A stretch of 64,000 nt of DNA, from assembly GCA_031291875.1 (NCBI GenBank), contig JARLIE010000183.1, forward strand, positions 129,356 to 193,355, read 5' to 3'. Numbering within the stretch: position 1 is the first letter of the stretch; each line of letters begins with the position of its first letter. The translations under genes were made by a program, and so were the position numbers. This DNA is from Minisyncoccota bacterium (GTDB taxonomy: Bacteria > Patescibacteriota > Minisyncoccia > Phycocordibacterales > UBA2100). The notes beneath the pieces were generated by a model, which was not told the origin of the DNA, did not search any database, and was given only the letters and a program-made list of their open reading frames with translations. This document shows positions 53,742 to 62,033 of this stretch, in pieces.

Positions 53742-54395
53742 TTAGCTCTTGGCCTGCGAGAGTGCCGAAGCGAGCGACTGTGCAAACGCAGGGCTTGATT
53801 CGGATGCGCCCGAAACACCGTTGATGTTCGCGCTCTGTGCCGAAATAGCCTCGCTCACCAAAATCGGCATTGCCTGCTGATTGATGTAGCGCGAGGTACT
53901 GCGATCGTTTGGATACTGAAGAACCACGACGTTAACGAGTTTGCCGCCGGAGATAACCGCCTGCACTTGTACGTTGCCATAGTAGGCATTTGCGACACTT
54001 CCGGTGTAGGTGCCATCGACATACTGACCCTTGGGCTTTGCAACAGGGGTCGGCTGTGCCTGCGTCGGCGTGCTGGTAGTTTTACTTGGTTGTGTCGATG
54101 CGGAAGCAACGTTCGATTGGGTCGTTTGCGTCTGCACGACAGTAGTTTCACTGCTGTCATCCGTGCCGCCGTCGCCCACATTTTCTTGCTGTTCGGAAGC
54201 GCTTTGGACGGATCCCGATTGAGCGGAAGACGCGGAGCTGGCGAGCGGCTGCCCCGAGGTTTGTGTTTGTGCGGTCGTTACCTGCGCAGGATTTTGATTT
54301 GCAGCACTAACGATAGTTCCATTAGCGAGATATTGAAACGCCGCGTAGCCCGCGAAGAGTACGAGAAACACGAATGATGTGAGGAATTTTTTCAT
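53742..54395 (-). CDS. Secreted FMN-binding-domain protein (flavinylation substrate)
   Basis: Signal peptide; Ser/Thr/Gln-rich linker; FMN_bind domain GTYTGSVANAYYGNVQVQAVISGGKL...ANINGVSGASESS with an SGAS flavinylation motif. Confidence 0.8.
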   Translation of the reverse strand: MKKFLTSFVFLVLFAGYAAFQYLANGTIVSAANQNPAQVTTAQTQTSGQPLASSASSAQSGSVQSASEQQENVGDGGTDDSSETTVVQTQTTQSNVASASTQPSKTTSTPTQAQPTPVAKPKGQYVDGTYTGSVANAYYGNVQVQAVISGGKLVNVVVLQYPNDRSTSRYINQQAMPILVSEAISAQSANINGVSGASESSPAFAQSLASALSQAKS

Positions 54396-54474
54396 GGTTT
54401 TTGAGGGTTATACTGCTATACCCCATGACCCTACTACGCTCCTAGTTTGCTCTTATTTCACCCAGCAAAGGCCA

Positions 54475-55194
54475 TCAATGGCCCACAGGAGGCGGCATTT
54501 CTTCCATACCATCCGCTTGAACGACGGGGCCATTTGGCGTCCCCAAGACGAACACCTGTTCGCCAATTGAGAGTGTGGAGGTAGCGTATCCGGCAGGTAG
54601 CGCGATGGTGAGCGCTCGATCGTCCAGATCACGATCGTAATCGTTATGTGACACGGTGATTTGATCGCCAGTGATGGCGGTTATCGTCCCGCGAAATACA
54701 CCCGCATCATGGTGAGAGTTGTGGATGTCTTCATAGGCCTGACCGATCAGGGGCAAGTTTCCCCGATCTGCAAGACCGAGCAATTGCCCGTTGAGCGGCG
54801 TGCTGTAGATGCCCGCTGCGAGCACCCCACTCATGGTGAACACGACAGCAAATAGCGTGATGAGCGGGATCCGATACGCAAACTTGAATCCTTGGAGCAG
54901 CCATTCGAGAAAGATGACGAGCAAAATATCGGCGATGGTCGGCACCCATGGAAAGAGCACGAAGAGCGTCTGAATACCGCGAATACCAAAACCGAGCAAG
55001 AACTGCTCGCCGCTTTCGTGGAGACTGAACGCGATAAAACTCAGAACGTATGCTGAGAGCGCGAGCACGAAGAGCGACACGATCGCGGAAAGTGCGATGC
55101 GAGCAATAAAGTAGGCGCGCGATCGAATCGGCACACGCTTCACGCGCTCCAGCACATTTTCACGTATTCGTTTTTGCAGGTCTTGTTCATTCAT
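54475..55194 (-). CDS. Membrane protein, putative anti-sigma factor
   Basis: 8-nt overlap with the ECF sigma gene; cytoplasmic N-terminus plus TM helices. Confidence 0.55.
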   Translation of the reverse strand: MNEQDLQKRIRENVLERVKRVPIRSRAYFIARIALSAIVSLFVLALSAYVLSFIAFSLHESGEQFLLGFGIRGIQTLFVLFPWVPTIADILLVIFLEWLLQGFKFAYRIPLITLFAVVFTMSGVLAAGIYSTPLNGQLLGLADRGNLPLIGQAYEDIHNSHHDAGVFRGTITAITGDQITVSHNDYDRDLDDRALTIALPAGYATSTLSIGEQVFVLGTPNGPVVQADGMEEMPPPVGH

Positions 55195-55753
55195 ACTTAG
55201 TTCGATGCTGATCCATGGTTTTCTTCAGACGCTGTTTGGCTCGCGAAAGCCGGATACCTACGGTACCGACCGGAATGTGCAAAATATCGGCGATCTCCTG
55301 GTATTTGAAACCTTCAAAATAATGCAAGTCGACGATTTCTCGATACTGCGGCGCAAGCTCCTCAAGGTGCTTCTCTAATAATACGCGCATTTCCTCGCGC
55401 TCTTTCTCCCCCTCGTCCGGATCTTCATACACCGGATGTGGAACGACACGATCGAAATCGAGCCCGTAAATGGGGCCTTTGGCGCGCTTTCGAAGTGCAT
55501 CGACGAACGCGTTGTGCGCAATGCGATAAATCCACGGTGAAAACCGGCGGGTCGAGTCGAAGTCGCGAATGTTTTGGTACACCGTCACGAACACATCCTG
55601 CACGATATCGCCTACCTCATCGTCGGACGCAAGAAAACGATGTCCGTAGCGCAAAAGCTTTTTCGTGTAGCGCTCCATCAGCGTGGCGAGCGCGCCTTGG
55701 TCGCCAACCTGCAATTGCGCGGCCAGCGCCTCGTCGGTGAGATCCGCATCCAT
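55187..55753 (-). CDS. RNA polymerase sigma factor, ECF subfamily
   Basis: Region 2 (FSPWIYRIAHNAFVDALR) and region 4 (YQEIADILHIPVGTVGIRLSRAKQRLK); start at MDADLTDE preceded by TATACT-N6. Confidence 0.88.
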   Translation of the reverse strand: MDADLTDEALAAQLQVGDQGALATLMERYTKKLLRYGHRFLASDDEVGDIVQDVFVTVYQNIRDFDSTRRFSPWIYRIAHNAFVDALRKRAKGPIYGLDFDRVVPHPVYEDPDEGEKEREEMRVLLEKHLEELAPQYREIVDLHYFEGFKYQEIADILHIPVGTVGIRLSRAKQRLKKTMDQHRTKYE

Positions 55754-55765
55754 TAGAGCAGTATA
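55754..55765 (-). promoter_or_regulatory. Leaderless-type promoter -10 (TATACT, then 6 nt GCTCTA, then ATG) for the ECF sigma gene
   Basis: The minus strand reads CGTCCTATACTGCTCTAATG. Confidence 0.5.
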
Positions 55766-55840
55766 GGACGGTTTGCCTATCACTGGAAACTACAAAACAA
55801 AAACCCGGGATTACCGGGTTTTTGCGATACGATCGTACTG

Positions 55841-57334
55841 CTAGTACGAGGAACGAACATTCACCTGGAAGGCTGCGTTCGTGCCATCGTCTTGTGTCAG
55901 CGTAATTGGGTAGTTATTTGCCGTCTGACCGACCGAGAGTGTGATCGGTGGGATCGGAACAACCGCGATCATGCAGCGTATCTGCGGCGGTGTGTCCGAA
56001 GGGAACGAGTTCCAGCAGCCCACCGGCGTGAGCTGGATCGTCGCACTCGTCGAAGAAAGACTCGTCAGTGTGAAGTAGTAGCTTTGGTTACGTACTTCGG
56101 CGACACCTCCTTGCTTGAGTGTGACTGTCGCGGGCGCAGTAATGCGCTGATCGCTGGAAGTAGCCGTGCTCGTCGCGCTCACCGTTACTTGTGTCGTAGC
56201 CAAGATCGGGATGTTCGGACAATTACAGATACCGTTTTCCGGGCAAGAACACAGGTTGTTGGTGAGTGTCGCCGTGAAGGTCCCCGCCGACGTGTACGTG
56301 TGCGAGACCCTGCTCATCGCGTTGCAACTTGAGCACACCGGCACCGGGAAGAGTTTTGCTGAGGTTCCGTCGCCGAAATCAACAGTGTTGCCGAGAGTCG
56401 TGCCTTGCGGCGCGGACGCCATGAACTGCACTGTTAGCGACGAAACTCCCGAAGAAGGCGAAGCGGTGAAGCTTACGCTATTGGGAGTCGTCGTGCCGAC
56501 CGTGATTTGCGTCGCAGCGACGACCTGCGGAGCCGGGAGCATGAACGCGGAGGCAGTCTGCGCGCACATGAGACCTGCCGGGCACTTGAACGGCGTCTGT
56601 TTGAGAAGTTTGGCCGTGTACGTGCCGTTCGAGTTGTAGGTGTGAGCGACGGAGTAGGAGCAGCGAATGCCGCCCTGACCGCCGACGATCGCTGTGATGC
56701 CGACACAGCTTCCCTTGGTCATCGACGTGCTTGAGCCGTCGCCGAAGTCGACACTGTACTGCGTCGTGCTCGCGTTGATGGAATCGTTGGTGGTAAATGT
56801 CACGGTAAGCGGCGCTGCGCCGGATTGCGGATCAGCGGAGAAGTATTGCTGGTTCTGCTCACCTTGACCTTCCCCATTGCCACTCCCACAGAAACGGCCG
56901 TAGTACGAGCGGGACATTGGCCCGAAGATGCCGAAGCCGATACCACTCGAGTGTGCGATGCCGTTATCGTCCTGCCAATGACCGAGCGCGGCGCGCGTGA
57001 GAGACCCGAAGTACCCCGTGGAAGAGGCACTAAGGTAACCGTGCGCCTGCAGGAAAGCCTGCAGTTCCATGACGTCTTCGCCTCGATCACCGATCGAGAG
57101 CGAGCGCGAGAACGAAGGGCAGGAAGCAGTAACCGTGCCAGTTATTGAACCTGAACCCGAAACACCGGATCCTGAAACCGAGGTCGAAGCACTTCCCTGC
57201 ATTTGGAGTGCCTGAATTTGGGCTAAAAGACTAGCAATTTGTGCTTGAAGTTCGCCAATCGTAGCCGCGGAGGAGATGAACGGCACCGCAAGGAACGCTA
57301 CCGTTAGTCCTGCGAGTAAGGTTTTTGTACGCAT
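55841..57334 (-). CDS. Cell-surface protein: signal peptide, coiled coil, peptidoglycan-binding domain, two PKD domains
   Basis: IGELQAQIASLLAQIQALQ; LSIGDRGEDVMELQAFLQAHGYL...GYFGSLTRAALGHWQ; VDFGDGSS...HTYNSNGTYTA and VDFGDGTSA...HTYTSAGTFTA. Confidence 0.8.
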   Translation of the reverse strand: MRTKTLLAGLTVAFLAVPFISSAATIGELQAQIASLLAQIQALQMQGSASTSVSGSGVSGSGSITGTVTASCPSFSRSLSIGDRGEDVMELQAFLQAHGYLSASSTGYFGSLTRAALGHWQDDNGIAHSSGIGFGIFGPMSRSYYGRFCGSGNGEGQGEQNQQYFSADPQSGAAPLTVTFTTNDSINASTTQYSVDFGDGSSTSMTKGSCVGITAIVGGQGGIRCSYSVAHTYNSNGTYTAKLLKQTPFKCPAGLMCAQTASAFMLPAPQVVAATQITVGTTTPNSVSFTASPSSGVSSLTVQFMASAPQGTTLGNTVDFGDGTSAKLFPVPVCSSCNAMSRVSHTYTSAGTFTATLTNNLCSCPENGICNCPNIPILATTQVTVSATSTATSSDQRITAPATVTLKQGGVAEVRNQSYYFTLTSLSSTSATIQLTPVGCWNSFPSDTPPQIRCMIAVVPIPPITLSVGQTANNYPITLTQDDGTNAAFQVNVRSSY

Positions 57335-57413
57335 AGATAAAAGACTAATTTGACTGCTATGTATATATAGACTGATTATTGCATGAATTCTTACCGCGGG
57401 GCTGGGCGGGCAG

Positions 57414-58721
57414 TTAACTCACCTCCCCGAGCATCGGCAATCCCAACCGGCGGCGGCCGTGTTCGCCTTTGAACATCTGCTCTTCCCGGCTGGTGAGTTC
57501 GCCGCGCTCGCCCGCGTGCGAAAGATGGGTCATGGCGTGGAAGCTGGAGCCGAGGAAGACGACGTGCTTGCCGAAGCGCTCCGAAAGTTCGTCGACGCTT
57601 TCGAAGACTCGCTGCAAGCCTTCGGTCTTCATAGCTGCGCCAAAAAGATCGAGCTGCGCCGAGCCGGCGTCGTGAAGCTTCATCAGTGTGATGCCGGTCG
57701 TGCGATACGGCGTGCCGCTGCGGTACACCTTCGGGTACTGCTCGGCAACGGCGCGCAAAATATCCTGCGGCACGTTGGTCGAGTTCGAGAGCTTCACCTC
57801 GCAGCCGTGGTAGCGGAAATCCTGCGTTTTGAGGAAGAAGAAGATTTCTTTGGTCGCGAGATTCCAGCGACGTGCTTTGATGCAGGCGTTCTCGACGTTT
57901 TTGGAAAGCTGCGAAAAAATGAATTTAGAATCGCGCGAAGGCGGCGTAAACGTGCGCGTCTTTTCGATGGATTGATAGCTCGATTTATGCTCGGTCGTGA
58001 ATTCGAGCGTGGACTCCCCGTTGAGCTCTTTCCAGAGTTGGAAATACGGCTTCGAAAGGTTCGCCAAGATCCACTCCTCGCTACGCTCGGCAAACTGAAG
58101 CGCGGTTTTTATTCCGAACTTTTCCAAATACGCGGTGGTGTTGGGGCCGATGCCCCAAATCTTCCCCGCCGCCGTTGCGGCAAGATATCGTTTGGAATCT
58201 TTCAGCGGGATACACGTGAGCCCGTCTGGCTTCTTCCATTTCGAACCGAGCTTCGCGAGAACTTTCGTCGCCGAAAGTCCGACGGAAAACGTCATGCCGA
58301 GCTCCAGTTCGAGCTCCGCCTTGATCGCGTGTGCCATATCCGGGTAGCGCATGCGCAGGGCCTGGCGCATGCCGGTGAGATCGGCGAAACACTCGTCGAT
58401 CGAATATTCTTCGACGGTCGGCGTGTAGCGACGCACGATCGAGTACATGCGCTCCGAAAAGAGCGAGTATGTTTCGTAATCCGAAGGCAACACGATCGCT
58501 TCCGGACAAATCTTTTTGGCCTCCGAGAGAATCATGCCGCGCGACACGCCGCGGGCCTTCACGTCGTAGGTCATCGCAGAGACGATGCCGCGCTCTTTGC
58601 CGGTGATGACCGGCTTACCCTTGAGACGCGGATCTCTCGCGATCTCGCATGACGCGAAAAAAGAATCGCCGTCGACATGCAAGATTGCGCGCGGATAACT
58701 GCGAGGGCCTCCCCAGGTCAT
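57414..58721 (-). CDS. dinB: Y-family DNA polymerase (DinB/Pol IV-like)
   Basis: ILHVDGDSFFASCE, SIDECFADLTG, little-finger region. Start at MTWGGPRSYP, because the upstream codons of the ORF overlap a 140-bp palindrome. Confidence 0.85.
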   Translation of the reverse strand: MTWGGPRSYPRAILHVDGDSFFASCEIARDPRLKGKPVITGKERGIVSAMTYDVKARGVSRGMILSEAKKICPEAIVLPSDYETYSLFSERMYSIVRRYTPTVEEYSIDECFADLTGMRQALRMRYPDMAHAIKAELELELGMTFSVGLSATKVLAKLGSKWKKPDGLTCIPLKDSKRYLAATAAGKIWGIGPNTTAYLEKFGIKTALQFAERSEEWILANLSKPYFQLWKELNGESTLEFTTEHKSSYQSIEKTRTFTPPSRDSKFIFSQLSKNVENACIKARRWNLATKEIFFFLKTQDFRYHGCEVKLSNSTNVPQDILRAVAEQYPKVYRSGTPYRTTGITLMKLHDAGSAQLDLFGAAMKTEGLQRVFESVDELSERFGKHVVFLGSSFHAMTHLSHAGERGELTSREEQMFKGEHGRRRLGLPMLGEVS

Positions 58722-58741
58722 AGTGATATTTGACGCGAATT

Positions 58742-58881
58742 CCGTAAGCGTTGCGTGTTTTTGTCGCCCTGCGGAACGCAAGCGCCCTCACGCTCAGCAG
58801 AAACCCTCAAGTGTTCCCTTGAGGATTTCTGCTGTAGCTGCGGGTTCGGTCCTCGGTCGCAAAAACACGCAACGCTTACGG
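58742..58881. repeat. 140-bp imperfect palindrome: perfect 22-nt terminal inverted repeats (CCGTAAGCGTTGCGTGTTTTTG), divergent 25/31-nt internal arms, 17-nt inner inverted repeat, 6-nt loop
   Basis: Left arm 58742-58763 is the reverse complement of 58860-58881; inner CAGCAGAAACCCTCAAG / CTTGAGGATTTCTGCTG with one mismatch. Confidence 0.8.
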
Positions 58882-58900
58882 AATTCGCGAACATACCCTT

Positions 58901-59476
58901 TTAATATTTCCGAACGACCGCAGTCACGACCGCCTCGACACGAAAAGCCTCGCTCGGATAGATCGGCTTGTATTTTTCGTTGGCAGGTTCGAGAAAATAT
59001 TTCTCGCCCTTCTTGCGCAGGTACTTCATCGTGTACTCGCCGTCGACCATCGCTATCACGATTTGTCCGGGCTTGTAGGTCGCTTTGCGCTCGACGATGA
59101 CCATATCGCCCTCGCGAATACCGGCATCGATCATCGAATCGCCTTTGACCTTGAGGATATAGCTCGCCTCTTTATTCGGCACGAGATACTCGTCGAAATT
59201 CATAACGTCGAGCAGCTCTTCTTCAGCGGCCGAAGGAAACCCAGCCTCGACGAGCCCGAGAAGCGGAATACCTTCGACACTCTTCTGGAGGGTGCGTGGG
59301 GTTAGTTTTCCCTGCTGATCTTTGTCTACGACGCCGTCTTCCACGAGTTTCTCGACGAGTTTAAATACCGCGTTTTTGGAGCGAAAGCCAGTCAATTCCA
59401 TGATTTCCGCATAGCTCGGCATGCGCTTGCGGCGCTCGTAAAACGAAAGAATCTTCTTTTTATAGGCTTCGTACAT
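58901..59476 (-). CDS. lexA: LexA repressor
   Basis: N-terminal wHTH; VKGDSMIDAGI (Ser nucleophile) and Lys in MKYL; the ORF track uses a TTG start 2 codons upstream, ATG is at 59476. Confidence 0.93.
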   Translation of the reverse strand: MYEAYKKKILSFYERRKRMPSYAEIMELTGFRSKNAVFKLVEKLVEDGVVDKDQQGKLTPRTLQKSVEGIPLLGLVEAGFPSAAEEELLDVMNFDEYLVPNKEASYILKVKGDSMIDAGIREGDMVIVERKATYKPGQIVIAMVDGEYTMKYLRKKGEKYFLEPANEKYKPIYPSEAFRVEAVVTAVVRKY

Positions 59477-59482
59477 GCCCAA

Positions 59483-59511
59483 AGTATAGGTGAACGCTCG
59501 TTCACCGTCAA
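59483..59511 (-). promoter_or_regulatory. lexA promoter (TTGACG, 17 nt, TATACT, 6 nt, ATG) with Cheo-type LexA operator GTGAACGAGCGTTCAC in the spacer
   Basis: The minus strand reads TTGACGGTGAACGAGCGTTCACCTATACTTTGGGCATG; operator 59489-59506 is a GAAC-N4-GTTC palindrome. Confidence 0.75.
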
Positions 59512-59553
59512 TGGGGATAAGCGATTTCGGAACAATACTGCCCTACGCGCAAG

Positions 59554-60852
59554 TTACGAGACCGCCACCTTATCGATCGCGTAAATTTCTTTCATCGTGT
59601 AGTGCTCGGAGAACGTTGCGTTGTTGCCGTCGGAAAAATACGGATCCTTGATCGTGTAGTTGCCCTTGCTGCCGCTCATGAGTACGACAAAGTGCGTACC
59701 GCCGAGGGCGTGGAGACCGACGATGACCGGATTGCCGGAGGCGAGCGTTGCGTCGATCGTGGCAGCTTTGCGAGTGGCCGTCATGCCGCCCGCATTGATC
59801 ATGAGGAGCAGATACGCCGGCTCGTAGGCGGCAAAATTCGATGAATTACTATTGATCGTTTCGGGTGTCACGCCGCGTGCGCCGTAATGTGTCATCACCA
59901 TTGCCATCGCGGTAACAAGGCAGCCGTCGCTTTTCATCGTGTACTGCGTACCATTGAGCGCTTCATTGCCCCACTGCGAATCGCGCTGGTTGTAATAACA
60001 TCCCCAAGTATCGCAGGCGGTCAGGTTGGAAAGAATTCCCGAACCTCCGGCGTTTTGTGAAAAGTTGGAAAAGCTCTCGAGCTGCGCTTCGGCTTGTGCG
60101 AGGAGCTGCTGATACTTGGACTCTTGCGCGTTGGTCTGCGTAAGCAGTTGCTGTTTTTGCTGCGCCGTCGCGACGACGGATGCCTGCTGTGAGGCGAGCG
60201 TGCTCTTTTGGGCGACGAGCGCGGTCTGCGTCTGTTTCGTCTGTACCTGTGCGCTCGCAAGGCTACTTTTATGTGAGAGAAGCGACTGCGTCTTGCCCTG
60301 CACCGCCGTGTTCAACTGCGAGAGGTCTTGAAAGTCGTTCCACATGTCAGAAAGTCCCTTCGCGGAGAGCAGCTGCACCGCGAGCGGCTCGCTGTCGACC
60401 TGCGCTTGGATGCGGATGTCATTACCAAGCGCTTGCTGATCAATCTTGATCCCCTGCTGATCACTCGCGATTCCCTTGCCGAGCTGAACGATCTTTGACT
60501 GCGCCGCATTGATTTGAGCTTGCGTGAGCTGCACCTGCGTCTGCAGTTTCTTTTTTTGTAGGTTCAGCGTCGTGATCGCGTTTTGCAGCGTTTTTTTGTT
60601 CGCACCCACCTGCTGCAGAGCAACTTGGTATTGGGCAATCTGTTGATTCAGCTGCACTATCTGCTGCTGTTGTTGCTGTTGTACTTGAGAAGTACCGCTT
60701 GAGGCGATGGAGTTCGACTGTGCGCCCGTGAATACCGGGGCCACGCCAAAGCCAATCATGCCGATGAGCGCGGCGATCGCCGCAAAACGAGCACGGTGCA
60801 TGTCTCTATATACATACACTGGTAGTCCGAGTATTACAATAACTTTTTTCAT
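59554..60852 (-). CDS. Secreted coiled-coil protein with C-terminal C39-like/CHAP-like cysteine peptidase domain (PcsB-like putative cell-wall hydrolase)
   Basis: Signal or anchor, about 230-aa Gln-rich coiled coil (poly-Q, LQTQVQLTQAQINAAQ), then CYYNQRDSQWGNEAL...DGCLVTAMAMVMTHYG. Confidence 0.7.
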   Translation of the reverse strand: MKKVIVILGLPVYVYRDMHRARFAAIAALIGMIGFGVAPVFTGAQSNSIASSGTSQVQQQQQQQIVQLNQQIAQYQVALQQVGANKKTLQNAITTLNLQKKKLQTQVQLTQAQINAAQSKIVQLGKGIASDQQGIKIDQQALGNDIRIQAQVDSEPLAVQLLSAKGLSDMWNDFQDLSQLNTAVQGKTQSLLSHKSSLASAQVQTKQTQTALVAQKSTLASQQASVVATAQQKQQLLTQTNAQESKYQQLLAQAEAQLESFSNFSQNAGGSGILSNLTACDTWGCYYNQRDSQWGNEALNGTQYTMKSDGCLVTAMAMVMTHYGARGVTPETINSNSSNFAAYEPAYLLLMINAGGMTATRKAATIDATLASGNPVIVGLHALGGTHFVVLMSGSKGNYTIKDPYFSDGNNATFSEHYTMKEIYAIDKVAVS

Positions 60853-60908
60853 GTTCGGACCTTCGCGTTCATGAACTCGCGCAACGCGCGACCAGACGTG
60901 TCGCGCAA

Positions 60909-62024
60909 TTACCTGCCACTACTGTTGAGATCGACACCGAATGATTGATCGGCGGTATCGATAAAGGTGTCTTTGTCCTGGATGATCGCTTGTGGAATGA
61001 GTTCCGCCGATTTTGTCACCATACCCGGCATCTTTTTGACCGCTGTGCCGACGGCAAGAAATTCGATGAGTCCACTCCCCAACTGGAAGATGCAGGTTTT
61101 GACGCCAACGACTTCGTCCGCGCCGATTTCTTCCGCTTCTTTGTTGATGATCGCGAGTGCTTCTTCGCGTGCGTCGTAAATCAGCGTCGTGAGTTCGTTG
61201 ATTTCTCCACGAGCGAACGATTTGAGGAACGAGGTAACACCTCCGACAAACCCGAGCGAGTACACCGATGTACCAAGCAGCAGGCGCATCGGCGCATACC
61301 CCATCTTGGTGAGATTCCACATCTCCTGGCAGGTAAGATCGCTCGTGACGATGTCACTACCAAGCGCCGGGTTGTGCGAGGCGGTGCCGACCATCAGCAT
61401 TTCGTGATAGCCGCTGGTGCTCACCGGTAAAATTGTCGTTTCGATCCCGACGACGGCGTTCACATTGCCTGTTTTCTTCGCGGAATCGACGATGCGTGAG
61501 AGCGCAAGGTTTCTCGTTTGATTGAAGATGTTCGAATACTCTTTGATCTCGCCGCGCGCGAGGGTCTTGAGTCCGCCGATGATGCCGCGCGTGATGCCGA
61601 TCGAATATGCGACGTTGCCGAAAACGAATTGCTTCGGGGTGTAGCCGGCGTCGATCTGGCAATAGAGCTCCTGGCCATCGGCCGATGTGGTGAAAAATTC
61701 TCCGTTGCCGTGGAGCGAGGAGCCGATGGAGAGAAACTCGATATTGGTACCGTGATCAACGAGGGAGCTGTCGACACCTGTCACACCGTTTGCGCCGTGC
61801 GATTCGGCCTCCTTTACCAGACGATCGTAGGCGCTCTCGCGGCCGTCCTCGATTAGTTTGGTGATTTGTGAAATTTCTCCGCCGACGACGGCCCGGACTC
61901 CGGAGCCGATACTATTGATCAAGCCGAGCGAATAGACACTGTTGCCAATCGCGATGTTCCCCGCTTTGTAACCGACTTTATCCAAACAATACATTTCGTG
62001 CCCCGAAAGGCCTGTGGTTGCCAT
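60909..62024 (-). CDS. Triple-tandem YbjQ/DUF74 (UPF0145) domain protein
   Basis: Three repeats of the YbjQ_1 pattern (LGLINSIGSGVRAVVGGEISQITKLIEDGRESAYDRLVKEAESHGANGVTGVD...); single-domain proteins of this family are about 105 aa. Confidence 0.8.
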   Translation of the reverse strand: MATTGLSGHEMYCLDKVGYKAGNIAIGNSVYSLGLINSIGSGVRAVVGGEISQITKLIEDGRESAYDRLVKEAESHGANGVTGVDSSLVDHGTNIEFLSIGSSLHGNGEFFTTSADGQELYCQIDAGYTPKQFVFGNVAYSIGITRGIIGGLKTLARGEIKEYSNIFNQTRNLALSRIVDSAKKTGNVNAVVGIETTILPVSTSGYHEMLMVGTASHNPALGSDIVTSDLTCQEMWNLTKMGYAPMRLLLGTSVYSLGFVGGVTSFLKSFARGEINELTTLIYDAREEALAIINKEAEEIGADEVVGVKTCIFQLGSGLIEFLAVGTAVKKMPGMVTKSAELIPQAIIQDKDTFIDTADQSFGVDLNSSGR

Positions 62025-62033
62025 AGGGAAAGT

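Noticed and set aside
57459-58652. Plus-strand 397-aa ORF
   Set aside because: Antisense to the Y-family polymerase gene.
58722-58900. LexA box upstream of the Y-family polymerase
   Set aside because: No GAAC-N4-GTTC palindrome in the spacer; the polymerase is probably transcribed from the lexA promoter.
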